Shown here piece after piece: positions 21,454 through 31,922 of a DNA stretch of 53,047 nucleotides; within the stretch, counting starts at the first letter, position 1, and the number at the start of each line of letters is the position of its first letter. The notes below the pieces were generated by a model. It did no database searches. It was not told the origin of the DNA and saw only the letters and a program-made list of their open reading frames with translations. This stretch comes from Candidatus Eiseniibacteriota bacterium (GTDB taxonomy: Bacteria > Eisenbacteria > RBG-16-71-46). Location of the stretch: NCBI GenBank assembly GCA_044222065.1, contig JBGAOA010000025.1, positions 1 to 53,047 on the forward strand, in the 5' to 3' direction. A program made the translations under genes and the position numbers.

Positions 21454-21663
21454 ATGCCGCACGTGAAAGCCGTGAACCTGCGCGAGATGACGGTGGACGA
21501 ACTCAAGACGCGTCTCGGCGAGCTGCGGGAGGAGATGTTCAACCTGCGGTTCAAGAACGCGATGAAGCAGCTGGACAATCCGCTCCGCATCCGCGAGGGC
21601 CGACGTGAGCTGGCGCGGGTGATGACGGTGCTGACCGAGAAGCAGAGGGCCGTGAAGGCCTGA
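21454..21663 (+). CDS. rpmC: 50S ribosomal protein L29
   Basis: ELREEMFNLRF, RRELARVMT. Confidence 0.96.
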   Translation: MPHVKAVNLREMTVDELKTRLGELREEMFNLRFKNAMKQLDNPLRIREGRRELARVMTVLTEKQRAVKA

Positions 21664-21743
21664 TTCGACCCGGCGCCGCGATCCGCGCGGCGGTGGCGAC
21701 ACCGCGGCGGGGCGGCCGGAGCGATCGAGGGAGGTGGCTGTAG

Positions 21744-22007
21744 ATGGAAACGACGACTCGCAATCGCAGGAAGCTGCGCGTGGGCAAGGTGGTGAGCGAT
21801 CGCATGGACAAGACGTGCGTGGTCTCCATCGAGCGCCTCGTGAAGCATCCGACCGTGGGCCGCTATGTGCGGCAGCGCGCCAAGTTCAAGGTGCACGACG
21901 AGAAGAACGAGTGCCGCGTGGGCGACGTGATCCGCTTCATGGAGACTCGGCCGCTCTCGAAGGACAAGCGCTGGCGTTTCGTGGAATTCGTGGAGCGGGC
22001 GCGCTGA
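21744..22007 (+). CDS. rpsQ: 30S ribosomal protein S17
   Basis: [22 protein letters not shown]. Confidence 0.98.
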   Translation: METTTRNRRKLRVGKVVSDRMDKTCVVSIERLVKHPTVGRYVRQRAKFKVHDEKNECRVGDVIRFMETRPLSKDKRWRFVEFVERAR

Positions 22008-22053
22008 GCGCTGGACCGGCGGGCCGCCCGATGCGGCCCGGGAGATCTTCGTC

Positions 22054-22422
22054 ATGATTCAGCTTCGAACCATGGTGACCGTCGCGGACAACTCGGGCGC
22101 GAAGCGCGCTCAGTGCATCAAGGTGCTTGGCGGGCACCACCGTCGTTACGGACGGCTGGGCGACATCGTCGTGGTGTCCATCAAGGACGCCATTCCGGGC
22201 GCCGCCGTGAAGAAGGGCGACGTCGCGAAGGCCGTCGTGGTCCGCGCCGTCAAGGAAGGCCGCCGCAAGGACGGCTCGTACATCCGCTTCGACGAGAACG
22301 CGGTCGTACTCATCAACGAGGACAAGGAGCCGCGCGGCACCCGCATCTTCGGACCGGTCGCTCGCGAGCTCCGCGAGAAGCAGTTCATGAAGATCATTTC
22401 GCTCGCGCCGGAGGTGATCTGA
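22054..22422 (+). CDS. rplN: 50S ribosomal protein L14
   Basis: [28 protein letters not shown]. Confidence 0.98.
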   Translation: MIQLRTMVTVADNSGAKRAQCIKVLGGHHRRYGRLGDIVVVSIKDAIPGAAVKKGDVAKAVVVRAVKEGRRKDGSYIRFDENAVVLINEDKEPRGTRIFGPVARELREKQFMKIISLAPEVI

Positions 22423-22745
22423 TGGCTCTCAAGATCCGCAAGGGAGACACCGTCCAGGTGATCTCGGGCGAGGACAAGGGCAAGGTCGGCCGCGTGCTGA
22501 GCGTGGACGAGAAGAAGATGCGAGTCGTGGTGGAGAAGGTGAACTTCGTGAAGCGTCACACGAAGGCGCGCCGTCAGGGCATGCAGAGCGGCATCCTCGA
22601 GAAGGAAGCCCCGATCCACTACTCGAACGTCATGCTGTACGACTCGAAGTCGCAGGCCGGAACGCGCGTCGGCATTCGCGCGCTGGCCGACGGCTCGCGC
22701 GAGCGCGTTTCGAAGCGCAGCGGCGAGACCATTTCGAAGGACTGA
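22422..22745 (+). CDS. rplX: 50S ribosomal protein L24
   Basis: KIRKGDTVQVISGEDKGK KOW motif, EAPIHYSNV; true start at 22422 inside the ORF-track ORF 22113..22745. Confidence 0.97.
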   Translation: MALKIRKGDTVQVISGEDKGKVGRVLSVDEKKMRVVVEKVNFVKRHTKARRQGMQSGILEKEAPIHYSNVMLYDSKSQAGTRVGIRALADGSRERVSKRSGETISKD

Positions 22746-22834
22746 GTTCCACAGGGCCGATCGTTCGGCCCGACGCGGTTCCGAACCACCAGGGTCGGGG
22801 AGCCGCGGAGCAGTGACCCTGGAGAGACGTTTCC

Positions 22835-23515
22835 ATGGCGGAAGAGCAGAAGGACGACAAGAAGAAGGCGGCGAAGCCGGCGCCCGCGGGCGGCGGCAAG
22901 AAGTCGAAGGGCGAGGGCGCGGGTGGACCGGCGGGTCCCGTCGTCGCGGGCCGTCCGAAGAGCCTCGGCAGCAAGCCGCGCTACCAGAAGCATTACGAAG
23001 AGAAGGTGCGCGCGACGCTCGTCGAGAAGTTCAAGTACCAGAGCGTCATGCAGGCGCCTCGCTTCGTGAAGATCGTTCTGAACATGGGCGTCGGCGACGC
23101 GATCGCGGACCCGCGCCTGCTCGATGCCGCGCTCGGCGAGCTCGGACAGATCGCGGGCCAGCGGCCGTCGAAGCGTCTCTCGAAGAAGTCGATCTCGAAT
23201 TTCAAGCTGCGCCAGGGGCTGCCGATCGGTTGCGCGGTGACCCTGCGCGGCGCGCGCATGTACGAGTTCTACGAGCGTCTCGTGAATGTCGCGGTGCCCC
23301 GCATTCGCGACTTCCGCGGCCTCTCGCCGCGGTCGTTCGACGGGCGCGGCAACTACACGACGGGACTGAAGGAGCACACGATCTTCCCGGAGATCAACAT
23401 CGAGAAGGTCGGGAAGCTCCGCGGTCTCGACGTGACGATCGTCACCACCGCCAAGACGGACGAAGAGGGGCGTGAGCTCTTGAAGCTCATGGAAATGCCC
23501 TTCCGTCAGCGCTGA
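22835..23515 (+). CDS. rplE: 50S ribosomal protein L5 with a low-complexity N-terminal extension
   Basis: [24 protein letters not shown]. Confidence 0.97.
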   Translation: MAEEQKDDKKKAAKPAPAGGGKKSKGEGAGGPAGPVVAGRPKSLGSKPRYQKHYEEKVRATLVEKFKYQSVMQAPRFVKIVLNMGVGDAIADPRLLDAALGELGQIAGQRPSKRLSKKSISNFKLRQGLPIGCAVTLRGARMYEFYERLVNVAVPRIRDFRGLSPRSFDGRGNYTTGLKEHTIFPEINIEKVGKLRGLDVTIVTTAKTDEEGRELLKLMEMPFRQR

Positions 23516-23526
23516 TCGGAGGAGAA

Positions 23527-23712
23527 GTGGCGAAGAAGTCCATCATGGAAAAGTGGAAGCGCACGCCGAAGTTCAAGGTCCGCGCCTACACCCGCTGCCA
23601 TCGCTGCGGGCGGCCGCGCGGCTTCCTGCGCGACTTCGGTCTGTGCCGCATCTGCTTCCGCGAGCTGGCGCTGACGGGACAGATCCCGGGCGTCGTCAAG
23701 TCGAGCTGGTAA
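23527..23712 (+). CDS. rpsN: 30S ribosomal protein S14 (short zinc-binding type Z)
   Basis: 61 aa; [10 protein letters not shown]...LCRICFRE. Confidence 0.98.
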   Translation: MAKKSIMEKWKRTPKFKVRAYTRCHRCGRPRGFLRDFGLCRICFRELALTGQIPGVVKSSW

Positions 23713-23778
23713 GACCCATCGAAGGCCAGGCTGCAGGCGCGCACACGAGCGCCTGAACGCTGGGCTTCCGGAGGATTC

Positions 23779-24177
23779 ATGTCGGTCAGTGATCCGATCT
23801 CGGACTTCCTGACGTGCGTGCGGAACGCGATCCGCGCGAAGCACCGCAAGGTGGACGTTCCCGCGTCCACCCTGAAGACGGAGCTCGCAAAGGTCCTGCT
23901 GCGCGAGCGTTACATCAACAACCTGAAGCTCATCGAGGATTCGCGCCAGGGCGTGCTGCGCATCTACCTCAAGTACAACGCCGACGACGTCAACGTGATC
24001 ACGGGGCTGCGCCGCGCGAGCAAGCCGGGGCGCCGCGTGTACGTCAAGAAGGACGGCATTCCGCGCATCATGGGCGGGCTCGGCACGGCGATCGTCTCCA
24101 CTTCTCGCGGGCTGATGACCGACCGCGAGGCCCGCGCGGCGGGCCTCGGCGGCGAGCTCGTCTGCACGGTGTGGTAG
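23779..24177 (+). CDS. rpsH: 30S ribosomal protein S8
   Basis: DPISDFLT, SKPGRRVY, STSRGLMT. Confidence 0.98.
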   Translation: MSVSDPISDFLTCVRNAIRAKHRKVDVPASTLKTELAKVLLRERYINNLKLIEDSRQGVLRIYLKYNADDVNVITGLRRASKPGRRVYVKKDGIPRIMGGLGTAIVSTSRGLMTDREARAAGLGGELVCTVW

Positions 24178-24187
24178 GGGGGCGGCC

Positions 24188-24724
24188 ATGTCGAGAGTCG
24201 GCAAGCTTCCGGTGACGATCCCGAGCGGCGTGACGGTGTCCGTCGGCGAGGGACGCGTTCGCGTCAAGGGTCCGAAGGGCGACCTCAGCACGCACGTGCT
24301 CACGGGCACGACGGTGAAGGTCGAGGACGGCCACGTGCGCGTGAGCGCGGAGAAGATCACGCGCAACCCGGCGTTCGGGACGATGCGCGCGAACATCAAC
24401 AACATGGTCGTCGGCGTGACGCAGGGCTTCACGAAGGTGCTCGAGATCGTGGGGACCGGCTATCGCGCGCAGATGGACGGCAAGAAGCTGGTGTTGCAGC
24501 TGGGCTTCTCGCACCCGATCGAGTTCATGCCGCCGGACGGCATCGCGATCAAGGTCGAGAGCCCCACGCGCCTGAGCATCTCGGGCGCCGACAAGTGCCT
24601 CGTCGGCCAGGTCGCCGCCGACATTCGCGAGTTCCGTCCGCCGGAGCCCTACAAGGGCAAGGGCGTCAAGTACGAAGGCGAGTACATCCGTCGCAAGGCC
24701 GGTAAGGCTGCGGGGTCTGCGTGA
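24188..24724 (+). CDS. rplF: 50S ribosomal protein L6
   Basis: [16 protein letters not shown]. Confidence 0.98.
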   Translation: MSRVGKLPVTIPSGVTVSVGEGRVRVKGPKGDLSTHVLTGTTVKVEDGHVRVSAEKITRNPAFGTMRANINNMVVGVTQGFTKVLEIVGTGYRAQMDGKKLVLQLGFSHPIEFMPPDGIAIKVESPTRLSISGADKCLVGQVAADIREFRPPEPYKGKGVKYEGEYIRRKAGKAAGSA

Positions 24725-24725
24725 T

Positions 24726-25085
24726 ATGAGCGGAAAGCACGATCAGTACGAACGGCGTCGGATCCGCCGCTATCGGATCCGCAAGCGTGTGGTGGGTTCC
24801 ACGGAGCGTCCGCGTCTCTCGGTGTTCCGGAGCTCGAAGCACATCTACGCGCAGATCATCAACGATTTCGACGGCAACACCCTCGTCGCCGCCTCCAGCC
24901 GCGAAACGAAGGGCACGGGCGACGCCGGCAAGACCGGAGTGTCGACGGCCGTGGGCAAGCTGCTCGCCCAGCGCGCGAAGGAGAAGGGCATCACGAAGGT
25001 CAGCTTCGACCGGGGCGGCTACCTGTACCACGGGCGCGTGAAGGCGCTCGCGGACGGTGCGCGCGCCGGCGGTCTGGAATTCTAG
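24726..25085 (+). CDS. rplR: 50S ribosomal protein L18
   Basis: [25 protein letters not shown]. Confidence 0.98.
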   Translation: MSGKHDQYERRRIRRYRIRKRVVGSTERPRLSVFRSSKHIYAQIINDFDGNTLVAASSRETKGTGDAGKTGVSTAVGKLLAQRAKEKGITKVSFDRGGYLYHGRVKALADGARAGGLEF

Positions 25086-25095
25086 GAGGACACCC

Positions 25096-25623
25096 GTGCG
25101 AGCGAGCGAAGCTCCGAAGTCCGAATTCACCGAGCGGGTGATCCAGGTCAACCGCTGCGCGAAGGTCGTCAAAGGCGGCCGTCGCTTCTCCTTCAACGCC
25201 ATCGTCGCGATCGGCGACCAGAAGGGCCGCGTCGGCGTCGGCCTCGGCAAGGCCAACGAAGTCGCGGACGCGATCCGCAAGGCGGGCGAGGCGGCGAAGA
25301 AGGGCATGTTCACCGTGCCGGTCACGAAGGCCGGCTCGATCCCGCATCTCGTCGTCGGTCACTTCGGCGCGGGCGAAGTCATGCTGAAGCCCGCCTCGGC
25401 CGGTACGGGCGTGATCGCGGGCGCCGGCGTGCGCGCCGTGCTCGAGGTCGCAGGCGTGCAGAACGTCCTGACGAAGTGCCTCGGCACGCGCAACCCGCAC
25501 AATCTCGTGAAGGCGACCGTGAACGGTCTGCAGCGTCTCCGCCGTCCGTCGGACGTCGCGGCGATGCGCGGCATGAGCACGGCCGAGCTGTTCGGACGAA
25601 AGGGCGAGGGCCATGGCGCGTAA
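25096..25623 (+). CDS. rpsE: 30S ribosomal protein S5
   Basis: [21 protein letters not shown] at 25096 follows an AGGAGG SD. Confidence 0.97.
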   Translation: MRASEAPKSEFTERVIQVNRCAKVVKGGRRFSFNAIVAIGDQKGRVGVGLGKANEVADAIRKAGEAAKKGMFTVPVTKAGSIPHLVVGHFGAGEVMLKPASAGTGVIAGAGVRAVLEVAGVQNVLTKCLGTRNPHNLVKATVNGLQRLRRPSDVAAMRGMSTAELFGRKGEGHGA

Positions 25624-25798
25624 GCTCCGCATCCGGCAGTTCAAGAGCGCGAGCGGCCATCCCGCCGACCAGGCGGCCACGATCCGCGCGCTCGGCATCC
25701 GCCGTCTCCATCAGATCGTCGAACACAACGACACGCCCCAGATCCGGGGCATGGTCACCAAGGTCCGCCACCTCGTGAAGGTGGAAGAGACCGCGTAA
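25613..25798 (+). CDS. rpmD: 50S ribosomal protein L30
   Basis: [18 protein letters not shown]. Confidence 0.96.
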   Translation: MARKLRIRQFKSASGHPADQAATIRALGIRRLHQIVEHNDTPQIRGMVTKVRHLVKVEETA

Positions 25799-25809
25799 AG
25801 GAAATCACG

Positions 25810-26259
25810 ATGCGCATCGGATCCATTCGCCCGGCTCAGGGCGCCACGAAGAAGCCGAAGCGGCGCGGCAAGGGCACCGCGACCGGTCTCGGCGGCACCG
25901 CGGGCAAGGGCCACAAGGGACACAAGGCGCGCACGGGCGGCAAGATTCCCGCCTGGTTCGAAGGCGGCCAGATGCCGGTGCAGCGCCGGCTGCCGAAGCG
26001 CGGCTTCAAGAACTTCACGCGCGTCGAGTACCAGCCGCTCAACGTCGGCCGCCTCGCGGCCGTCGCGGCCGGCACCGTCGTCGACGCGGCGTGGCTCCAG
26101 CAGCAGCGCTTCATCCGTCGTCGCGGCCCGATCAAGCTGCTCGCGGGCGGCGAGCTGAAGGTGGCGCTCACGGTGAAGGTGGATGCGGCGAGTGCGGCGG
26201 CGAAGAAGGCCGTCGAAGCGGCCGGCGGGACGGTCGTGACTCCGGAGAAGAAGGCCTAG
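25810..26259 (+). CDS. rplO: 50S ribosomal protein L15
   Basis: GKGHKGHKAR, FEGGQMP. Confidence 0.98.
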   Translation: MRIGSIRPAQGATKKPKRRGKGTATGLGGTAGKGHKGHKARTGGKIPAWFEGGQMPVQRRLPKRGFKNFTRVEYQPLNVGRLAAVAAGTVVDAAWLQQQRFIRRRGPIKLLAGGELKVALTVKVDAASAAAKKAVEAAGGTVVTPEKKA

Positions 26260-26265
26260 GAGCCC

Positions 26266-27585
26266 ATGCTCGACAAGCTCAGAAACATCTTCCAGGTCCC
26301 CGAGCTCAAGCGCCGGATTCTGTTCACGCTGGCGCTGTTCGTGGTGTACCGGCTCGGAGAACATGTGCCGACGCCCGGGGTCAACGTGGCCGCGCTCAAG
26401 AGCGCGTTCGCGAGCCAGGCCGGCACGCTCTTCGGCCTGTACGACCTGTTCGTCGGCGGCGCGTTCTCGCGCGCGACGATTTTCGCGCTCGGCATCATGC
26501 CGTACATCTCGTCCTCGATCATCATCCAGCTGCTCGGCGCGGTCGTGCCGTACTTCGAGAAGCTGCGCAAGGAGGGCGAAGAGGGTCAGAAGCGCCTCAA
26601 CCAGATCACGCGCTACGGCACGGTGCTGATCTCGATCATCCAGTCGTTCGGCTACAGCGTCTTCCTCCAGAACCTCGGCGCCTCGCAAGGGCTCACGGTC
26701 GTGCCGCACCCGGGCATCGCGTTCGCGATCTCGACGATCGTGACGCAGACCACGGGCACGATCTTCGTGATGTGGCTGGGCGAGAAGATCACCGAGCACG
26801 GCATCGGCAACGGCATCTCGCTGATCATCTTCGTGAACATCCTCGGCGGCGTTCCGAACCAGACGCTGTCGCTGTGGCAGAGCTTCCAGGCCGGCTCGGT
26901 GTCGCTGTTCCAGATCCTGATCATCGCGGCGATCATGGTGCTCGTCATCGCGGCCGTGATCCTCATGACGCAGGGCACGCGCAAGATTCCGGTGCAGTAC
27001 GCGAAGCGCATCGTCGGCCGCCGCATGTACGGCGGCGCGAACACGCACATCCCGCTGCGCGTGAACAGCGCCGGCGTGATTCCGATCATCTTCGCCTCGA
27101 GCCTCATGATCCTGCCGACGACGATCGCGCAGTTCGTTCCGCACGACTCGCCGCTCGCGCAGATGGGCAACTGGTTCGGCCCGAACACGCCCGCGTACAT
27201 GATCGTGTACGCGCTGATCATCGTGTTCTTCACCTACTTCTACACCGCGGTCGTGCTGAACCCGAACGACCTCGCGGAGAATATGCGCAAGCACGGCGGC
27301 TTCATCCCCGGCATCCGCCCGGGCAAGAAGACCGCCGAGTACATCGACCGGGTGCTCGGCCGGATCACGCTCCCGGGCGCGATCTTCCTCGCCGCGATCG
27401 CCGTGATTCCCGACTGGTTCATCGGCATGTCCGGGGCGCCGTTCCTGTCGTTCGGCGGCACGAGCGTCCTGATCGTGGTCGGCGTCGCGCTCGACACGCT
27501 GCAGCAGATCGAATCGCACCTGCTCATGCGTCACTACGAAGGTTTCGTTTCGCGCGGCCGGATCCGCGGCCGTCAGAGGATGTAG
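26266..27585 (+). CDS. secY: Preprotein translocase subunit SecY
   Basis: ALGIMPYISSSII, GIGNGISLII, IPGIRPG, GGTSVLIVVGV. Confidence 0.99.
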   Translation: MLDKLRNIFQVPELKRRILFTLALFVVYRLGEHVPTPGVNVAALKSAFASQAGTLFGLYDLFVGGAFSRATIFALGIMPYISSSIIIQLLGAVVPYFEKLRKEGEEGQKRLNQITRYGTVLISIIQSFGYSVFLQNLGASQGLTVVPHPGIAFAISTIVTQTTGTIFVMWLGEKITEHGIGNGISLIIFVNILGGVPNQTLSLWQSFQAGSVSLFQILIIAAIMVLVIAAVILMTQGTRKIPVQYAKRIVGRRMYGGANTHIPLRVNSAGVIPIIFASSLMILPTTIAQFVPHDSPLAQMGNWFGPNTPAYMIVYALIIVFFTYFYTAVVLNPNDLAENMRKHGGFIPGIRPGKKTAEYIDRVLGRITLPGAIFLAAIAVIPDWFIGMSGAPFLSFGGTSVLIVVGVALDTLQQIESHLLMRHYEGFVSRGRIRGRQRM

Positions 27586-27590
27586 GAACG

Positions 27591-28253
27591 ATGCGACTCG
27601 TGCTCCTCGGACCGCCCGGCGTGGGCAAGGGAACCCAGGGCCGCCGTCTCGCGACGGCGCGTGGCTGGGCCTTGATCTCCACGGGCGAAATGCTGCGCGA
27701 GGCGGTCGCGAACCGCACCCCGCTCGGCGTCGAGGCGAAGCGCGTGATGGATGCCGGACAGCTCGTGAACGACGACATCATGATCGGGCTCGTGCGCGAA
27801 CGGACGGCGCAGCCGGACGCCGTGCGCGGCTTCCTGCTCGACGGCTTCCCGCGCACGGTGCCGCAGGCCGACGCGCTCCAGCGCGTGCTCGCCGAGCGCG
27901 GGCAGTCGCTCGACGGCGTATTGTTCCTGACCGCGGAAGCGGACGCGCTCGTGTCGCGCATGACGGCGCGCCGCGAGTGTCCGGTCTGCAAGCGGGCGTA
28001 CAACCTGGTGAGTGCCCCGCCGAAGGACGGCCGTCACTGCGACGACCATCCGGACGCGGAGCTGGTGCAGCGCGCCGACGACACCGAAGAGACGGTGCGC
28101 CGCCGCCTCGTTGTCTATCGCGAGCAGACCGAGCCGCTCGTCGCCTACTACCGCGCCGCGAAGCTGCTGCGCGAGGTGCCGGGGCTCGGCGGCATGGACG
28201 AAGTGTTCGAACGACTGCACCGCGTCCTCGAGGGCGCGGGGGCGGGAGCCTGA
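27591..28253 (+). CDS. adk: Adenylate kinase (long, Zn-type LID)
   Basis: P-loop GPPGVGKGTQ, LDGFPRT, LID CPVC...CDDH, QRADD; real start at 27591 within ORF-track ORF 26091..28253. Confidence 0.97.
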   Translation: MRLVLLGPPGVGKGTQGRRLATARGWALISTGEMLREAVANRTPLGVEAKRVMDAGQLVNDDIMIGLVRERTAQPDAVRGFLLDGFPRTVPQADALQRVLAERGQSLDGVLFLTAEADALVSRMTARRECPVCKRAYNLVSAPPKDGRHCDDHPDAELVQRADDTEETVRRRLVVYREQTEPLVAYYRAAKLLREVPGLGGMDEVFERLHRVLEGAGAGA

Positions 28254-28255
28254 CG

Positions 28256-29011
28256 ATGGTGTATCTGCGACAGCCCGACGAGATCGAGCGGATCCGAGAC
28301 GCGGCGCGCCTCGTGGCGCGCACGCTGCGCGAGCTCGAGCGTCACGCCCGGCCGGGCGTCACGACCGGCGAGCTCGACCGGATCGCGGAGGAGTTCATCC
28401 TCGCGAACGGCGGCCGTCCGGCGTTCAAGGGCTACCGCGGATTCCCGGCGTCCATCTGCCCGGCCGTGAACGAGGAAGTCGTGCACGGCATCCCGGGCGA
28501 GCGGACGCTGCGCGACGGCGACATCGTCGGCATCGACGTCGGAGTCGAGAAGGACGGTTTCTTCGGTGACGCCGCGATCACGGTGCCGGTCGGCGAGGTC
28601 GACGGCGAAGCGCTCAACCTGCTGCGCGTCACGCGCGAGGCGCTCGAGAAAGGCATCGCGCAGGCGCGTCCCGGCAATCGCGTCGGGGACATCTCGCACG
28701 CCATCCAGGCGCACGCGGAGCGCTTCGGCTATTCGGTCGTGCGCTCGCTCGTCGGCCACGGCATCGGCCGCGAGATGCACGAGGAACCGCAGGTGCCGAA
28801 CTACGGACCGCCGGAACGCGGCCCGCGCCTCATGGCGGGGCAGGTGCTGGCGATCGAGCCGATGGTGAACATCGGCGCATTCGATGTGGTGACCCAGGCC
28901 GATGGCTGGACGGTCGTGACGAAGGACGGCTCCCTGAGCGCGCACTTCGAGCACACCGTCGCGATCGGTCCGGACGGCCCCGAGATCCTCTCGGTGGCCG
29001 GTGACGTGTAG
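28256..29011 (+). CDS. map: Type I methionine aminopeptidase
   Basis: VHGIP, DVG...GDAA, GHGIG, IEPMV, SAHFEHT. Confidence 0.97.
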   Translation: MVYLRQPDEIERIRDAARLVARTLRELERHARPGVTTGELDRIAEEFILANGGRPAFKGYRGFPASICPAVNEEVVHGIPGERTLRDGDIVGIDVGVEKDGFFGDAAITVPVGEVDGEALNLLRVTREALEKGIAQARPGNRVGDISHAIQAHAERFGYSVVRSLVGHGIGREMHEEPQVPNYGPPERGPRLMAGQVLAIEPMVNIGAFDVVTQADGWTVVTKDGSLSAHFEHTVAIGPDGPEILSVAGDV

Positions 29012-29026
29012 TCCGAGGACATTGGT

Positions 29027-29245
<219 letters not shown>

Positions 29246-29270
29246 AGCGACACGCTCCGGGAGTGGATCG

Positions 29271-29387
29271 ATGAAGGTGCGTACGTCCGTGAAGAAGATC
29301 TGCGAGCACTGCAAGGTCGTGCGTCGCAAGGGCGTGATCCGCGTGATCTGCAGTCGCAATCCGCGGCACAAGCAGCGTCAGAAGTAG
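29271..29387 (+). CDS. rpmJ: 50S ribosomal protein L36
   Basis: Not in ORF track; read manually as [38 protein letters not shown]. Confidence 0.96.
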   Translation: MKVRTSVKKICEHCKVVRRKGVIRVICSRNPRHKQRQK

Positions 29388-29402
29388 GGGAGGAGAGAAC
29401 CC

Positions 29403-29801
29403 GTGGCACGAATTGCGGGCATTGATTTGCCGGCCGAGAAGCGTATCGAGGTCGCGCTGACTTACATCTACGGGATCGGTCCGGCGACGGCGAAGCGGAT
29501 CCTGAAGACCGCCGGCGTGAGCCCGGACACCCGGGTGAAGGGCCTCAGCGACGAGGACGCCGGCAAGTTGCGCACGATCATCGAGCGCGACTTCAAGGTC
29601 GAGGGCGCACTGCGCAGCGAAATCGCGATGAACATCAAGCGTCTGATGGACATCGGCGCCTACCGCGGCCTGCGTCATCGCCGCGGCCTGCCGGTGCGCG
29701 GTCAGCGCACGAAGACGAACGCGCGCACGCGCAAGGGCCCCAAGAAGACCATGGGCGCGCGCAAGCCTGCGGCGGCCGCGAAGCCGGCGCCGAAGAAGTA
29801 A
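29403..29801 (+). CDS. rpsM: 30S ribosomal protein S13
   Basis: [28 protein letters not shown]. Confidence 0.98.
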   Translation: MARIAGIDLPAEKRIEVALTYIYGIGPATAKRILKTAGVSPDTRVKGLSDEDAGKLRTIIERDFKVEGALRSEIAMNIKRLMDIGAYRGLRHRRGLPVRGQRTKTNARTRKGPKKTMGARKPAAAAKPAPKK

Positions 29802-29846
29802 GCATCAACGTGCGGCTGCCTCGGGCGAGCCGCGTGGAGGATTCGA

Positions 29847-30233
29847 GTGGCGGAAGTCAAGAAGGCCAAGAAGCGTGATCGCCGGGTCTCGACGAACGGC
29901 GTGGCCCACGTGCAGGCGAGCTTCAACAACACGATCATCACGATCACGGACACCGACGGGAACGTCGTGAGCTGGGCGAGCGCCGGCAAGGTCGGCTACA
30001 AGGGCTCGCGCAAGAGCACGCCGTTCGCGGCGCAGGTCGCCGCTGAGGCGAGCGCCCGTGAGGCGCTCAACCTGGGCATGAAGCGCGTCGAGGTCTGGGT
30101 CAAGGGGCCGGGTTCGGGCCGCGAGGCGGCGATCCGCTCGCTGCAGGCGGCGGGCCTCGAGATTTCCGCGATCAAGGACGTGACGCCGATTCCGCACAAC
30201 GGTTGCCGCGCGCCGAAGCGGCGCCGCGTCTAG
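29847..30233 (+). CDS. rpsK: 30S ribosomal protein S11
   Basis: [17 protein letters not shown]. Confidence 0.98.
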   Translation: MAEVKKAKKRDRRVSTNGVAHVQASFNNTIITITDTDGNVVSWASAGKVGYKGSRKSTPFAAQVAAEASAREALNLGMKRVEVWVKGPGSGREAAIRSLQAAGLEISAIKDVTPIPHNGCRAPKRRRV

Positions 30234-30247
30234 GAGAACAGGGAGCT

Positions 30248-30877
30248 ATGGCGGTTTATCACGATGCGCGGTGCCGGCTCTGCCGGCGAGAGGGGATGAA
30301 GCTGTTCCTCAAGGGACAGCGCTGCTTCACCGACAAGTGCGCGTTCGAGAAGCGCGGTTACGCGCCCGGCGAGCACGGCAAGAACCGTCGCGTGAAGGAG
30401 ACGAACTACGGCCAGCAGCTGCGCGAGAAGCAGAAGGCGCGGCGCATTTACGGTCTGCTCGAGCGGCAGTTCCGCCACTACTTCGCGAAGGCGTCCGACG
30501 CGAAGGGCGTGACGGGCGAAGTGCTGCTCCAGATGCTCGAGCGCCGGCTCGACAACGTGGTCTTCCGGCTCGGCTTCGCGGCGTCGCGCAACGCGGCGCG
30601 CCAGCTCGTGCGCCACGGCCACGTGTCGGTGAACGGTCGCAAGGTGGACATCCCGTCCGTGCTCGTGCGCTCCGGCGACGAGGTCTCGGTGCGGGACAAG
30701 AGCAAGAAGCTGGCGTCGGTGCTGACGTCCCTGGAAGCCCGCAAGGGCCAGGGCGTCCCGGAATGGCTGGAGCTGAACTCCGATCGCGTGACCGGTCGCG
30801 TGCTGAACATCCCGACGCGCGCCTCCATCCCGGTGCCGATCAACGAGCAGCTCATCGTCGAACTCTATTCGAAGTAA
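30248..30877 (+). CDS. rpsD: 30S ribosomal protein S4
   Basis: CRLCRREG...[28 protein letters not shown] at 30248. Confidence 0.98.
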   Translation: MAVYHDARCRLCRREGMKLFLKGQRCFTDKCAFEKRGYAPGEHGKNRRVKETNYGQQLREKQKARRIYGLLERQFRHYFAKASDAKGVTGEVLLQMLERRLDNVVFRLGFAASRNAARQLVRHGHVSVNGRKVDIPSVLVRSGDEVSVRDKSKKLASVLTSLEARKGQGVPEWLELNSDRVTGRVLNIPTRASIPVPINEQLIVELYSK

Positions 30878-30907
30878 CGGACCGCCACCCTCAGGGAGGC
30901 CTGACGA

Positions 30908-31897
30908 ATGAAGTGGAAGAACCTCACCATGCCGAAGCAGGTCGTGCCGGATTCGGCGAACACCGACGGCTACGGCAAGTTCGTCATCGAGCCGCTCGAG
31001 CGCGGCTTCGGCATCACGCTCGGCAACGCGCTGCGACGCGTTCTGCTTTCGTCGCTGCAGGGCGCCGCGATCACCGCGGTGCGCATTGACGGCGTGCTGC
31101 ACGAGTTCTCGACGCTGCCCGGCGTCATCGAAGACGTCACCGAGATCGTGCTGAACCTGAAGCAGGTCCGTCTCAAGCTGCACGGTGACGGCCCGCAGAA
31201 GGGCACGTTCGAGATGAAGGGCAAGGGCGAGCTGCGCGCCGGCGACCTGCAGGTGGATCCGCAGGTCGAGATCCTCAACCCGGACCTGCACATCGCCACG
31301 CTCAATCGCGACGGCGACCTGCGCATGGAAGTCGAGATCAACACCGGCCGCGGCTACGTGTCGGCCGATCAGCACTCGACGACCGACCGACCGATCGGCG
31401 TGATTCCGATCGACTCCATGTTCTCGCCGGTCACGCGCGTGAACTTCAACGTCGAGGCGACCCGCCTCGGCCAGCGCATCGACTACGACAAGCTGACCAT
31501 GGAAGTGTGGACCGACCGCAGCATCACGCCGACCGACGGCGTGGCGTGGGCGGCGAAGATCCTGCGCGACCACTTCAGCCTGTTCATCCACTTCGACATC
31601 GAGCCCGACGTCGAGCGCGAGGAAGAGGTGGACGAGGAAGTGATGCGCGTCCGCAAGCTGCTCGACAAGAGCGTCGAGGAGCTCGAGCTGTCCGTGCGTT
31701 CGAGCAATTGTCTCCGCGCCGCCGAGATCAAGACGATCGGCGACCTCGTACAGAAGGACGAGTCGGAGATGCTCAAGTTCCGCAACTTCGGCCGCAAGTC
31801 GCTCAAGGAGATCCAGGACCTCCTCGGCGAGATGGGTCTCGGCTTCGGCATGGACATCCGCAAGTACATCGAACCCAGGGCCACCGTCGACGCCTAG
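30908..31897 (+). CDS. rpoA: DNA-directed RNA polymerase subunit alpha
   Basis: EPLERGFGITLGNALRRVLLSS, ELSVRSSNCL, NFGRKSL. Confidence 0.99.
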   Translation: MKWKNLTMPKQVVPDSANTDGYGKFVIEPLERGFGITLGNALRRVLLSSLQGAAITAVRIDGVLHEFSTLPGVIEDVTEIVLNLKQVRLKLHGDGPQKGTFEMKGKGELRAGDLQVDPQVEILNPDLHIATLNRDGDLRMEVEINTGRGYVSADQHSTTDRPIGVIPIDSMFSPVTRVNFNVEATRLGQRIDYDKLTMEVWTDRSITPTDGVAWAAKILRDHFSLFIHFDIEPDVEREEEVDEEVMRVRKLLDKSVEELELSVRSSNCLRAAEIKTIGDLVQKDESEMLKFRNFGRKSLKEIQDLLGEMGLGFGMDIRKYIEPRATVDA

Positions 31898-31922
31898 GCG
31901 CGGCGCCCGAAGGACCATTCCC

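Noticed and set aside
26091..28253. 720-aa ORF suggesting an extended or fused Adk
   Set aside because: The upstream part is an off-frame overlap with secY; Adk starts at 27591 with its own SD
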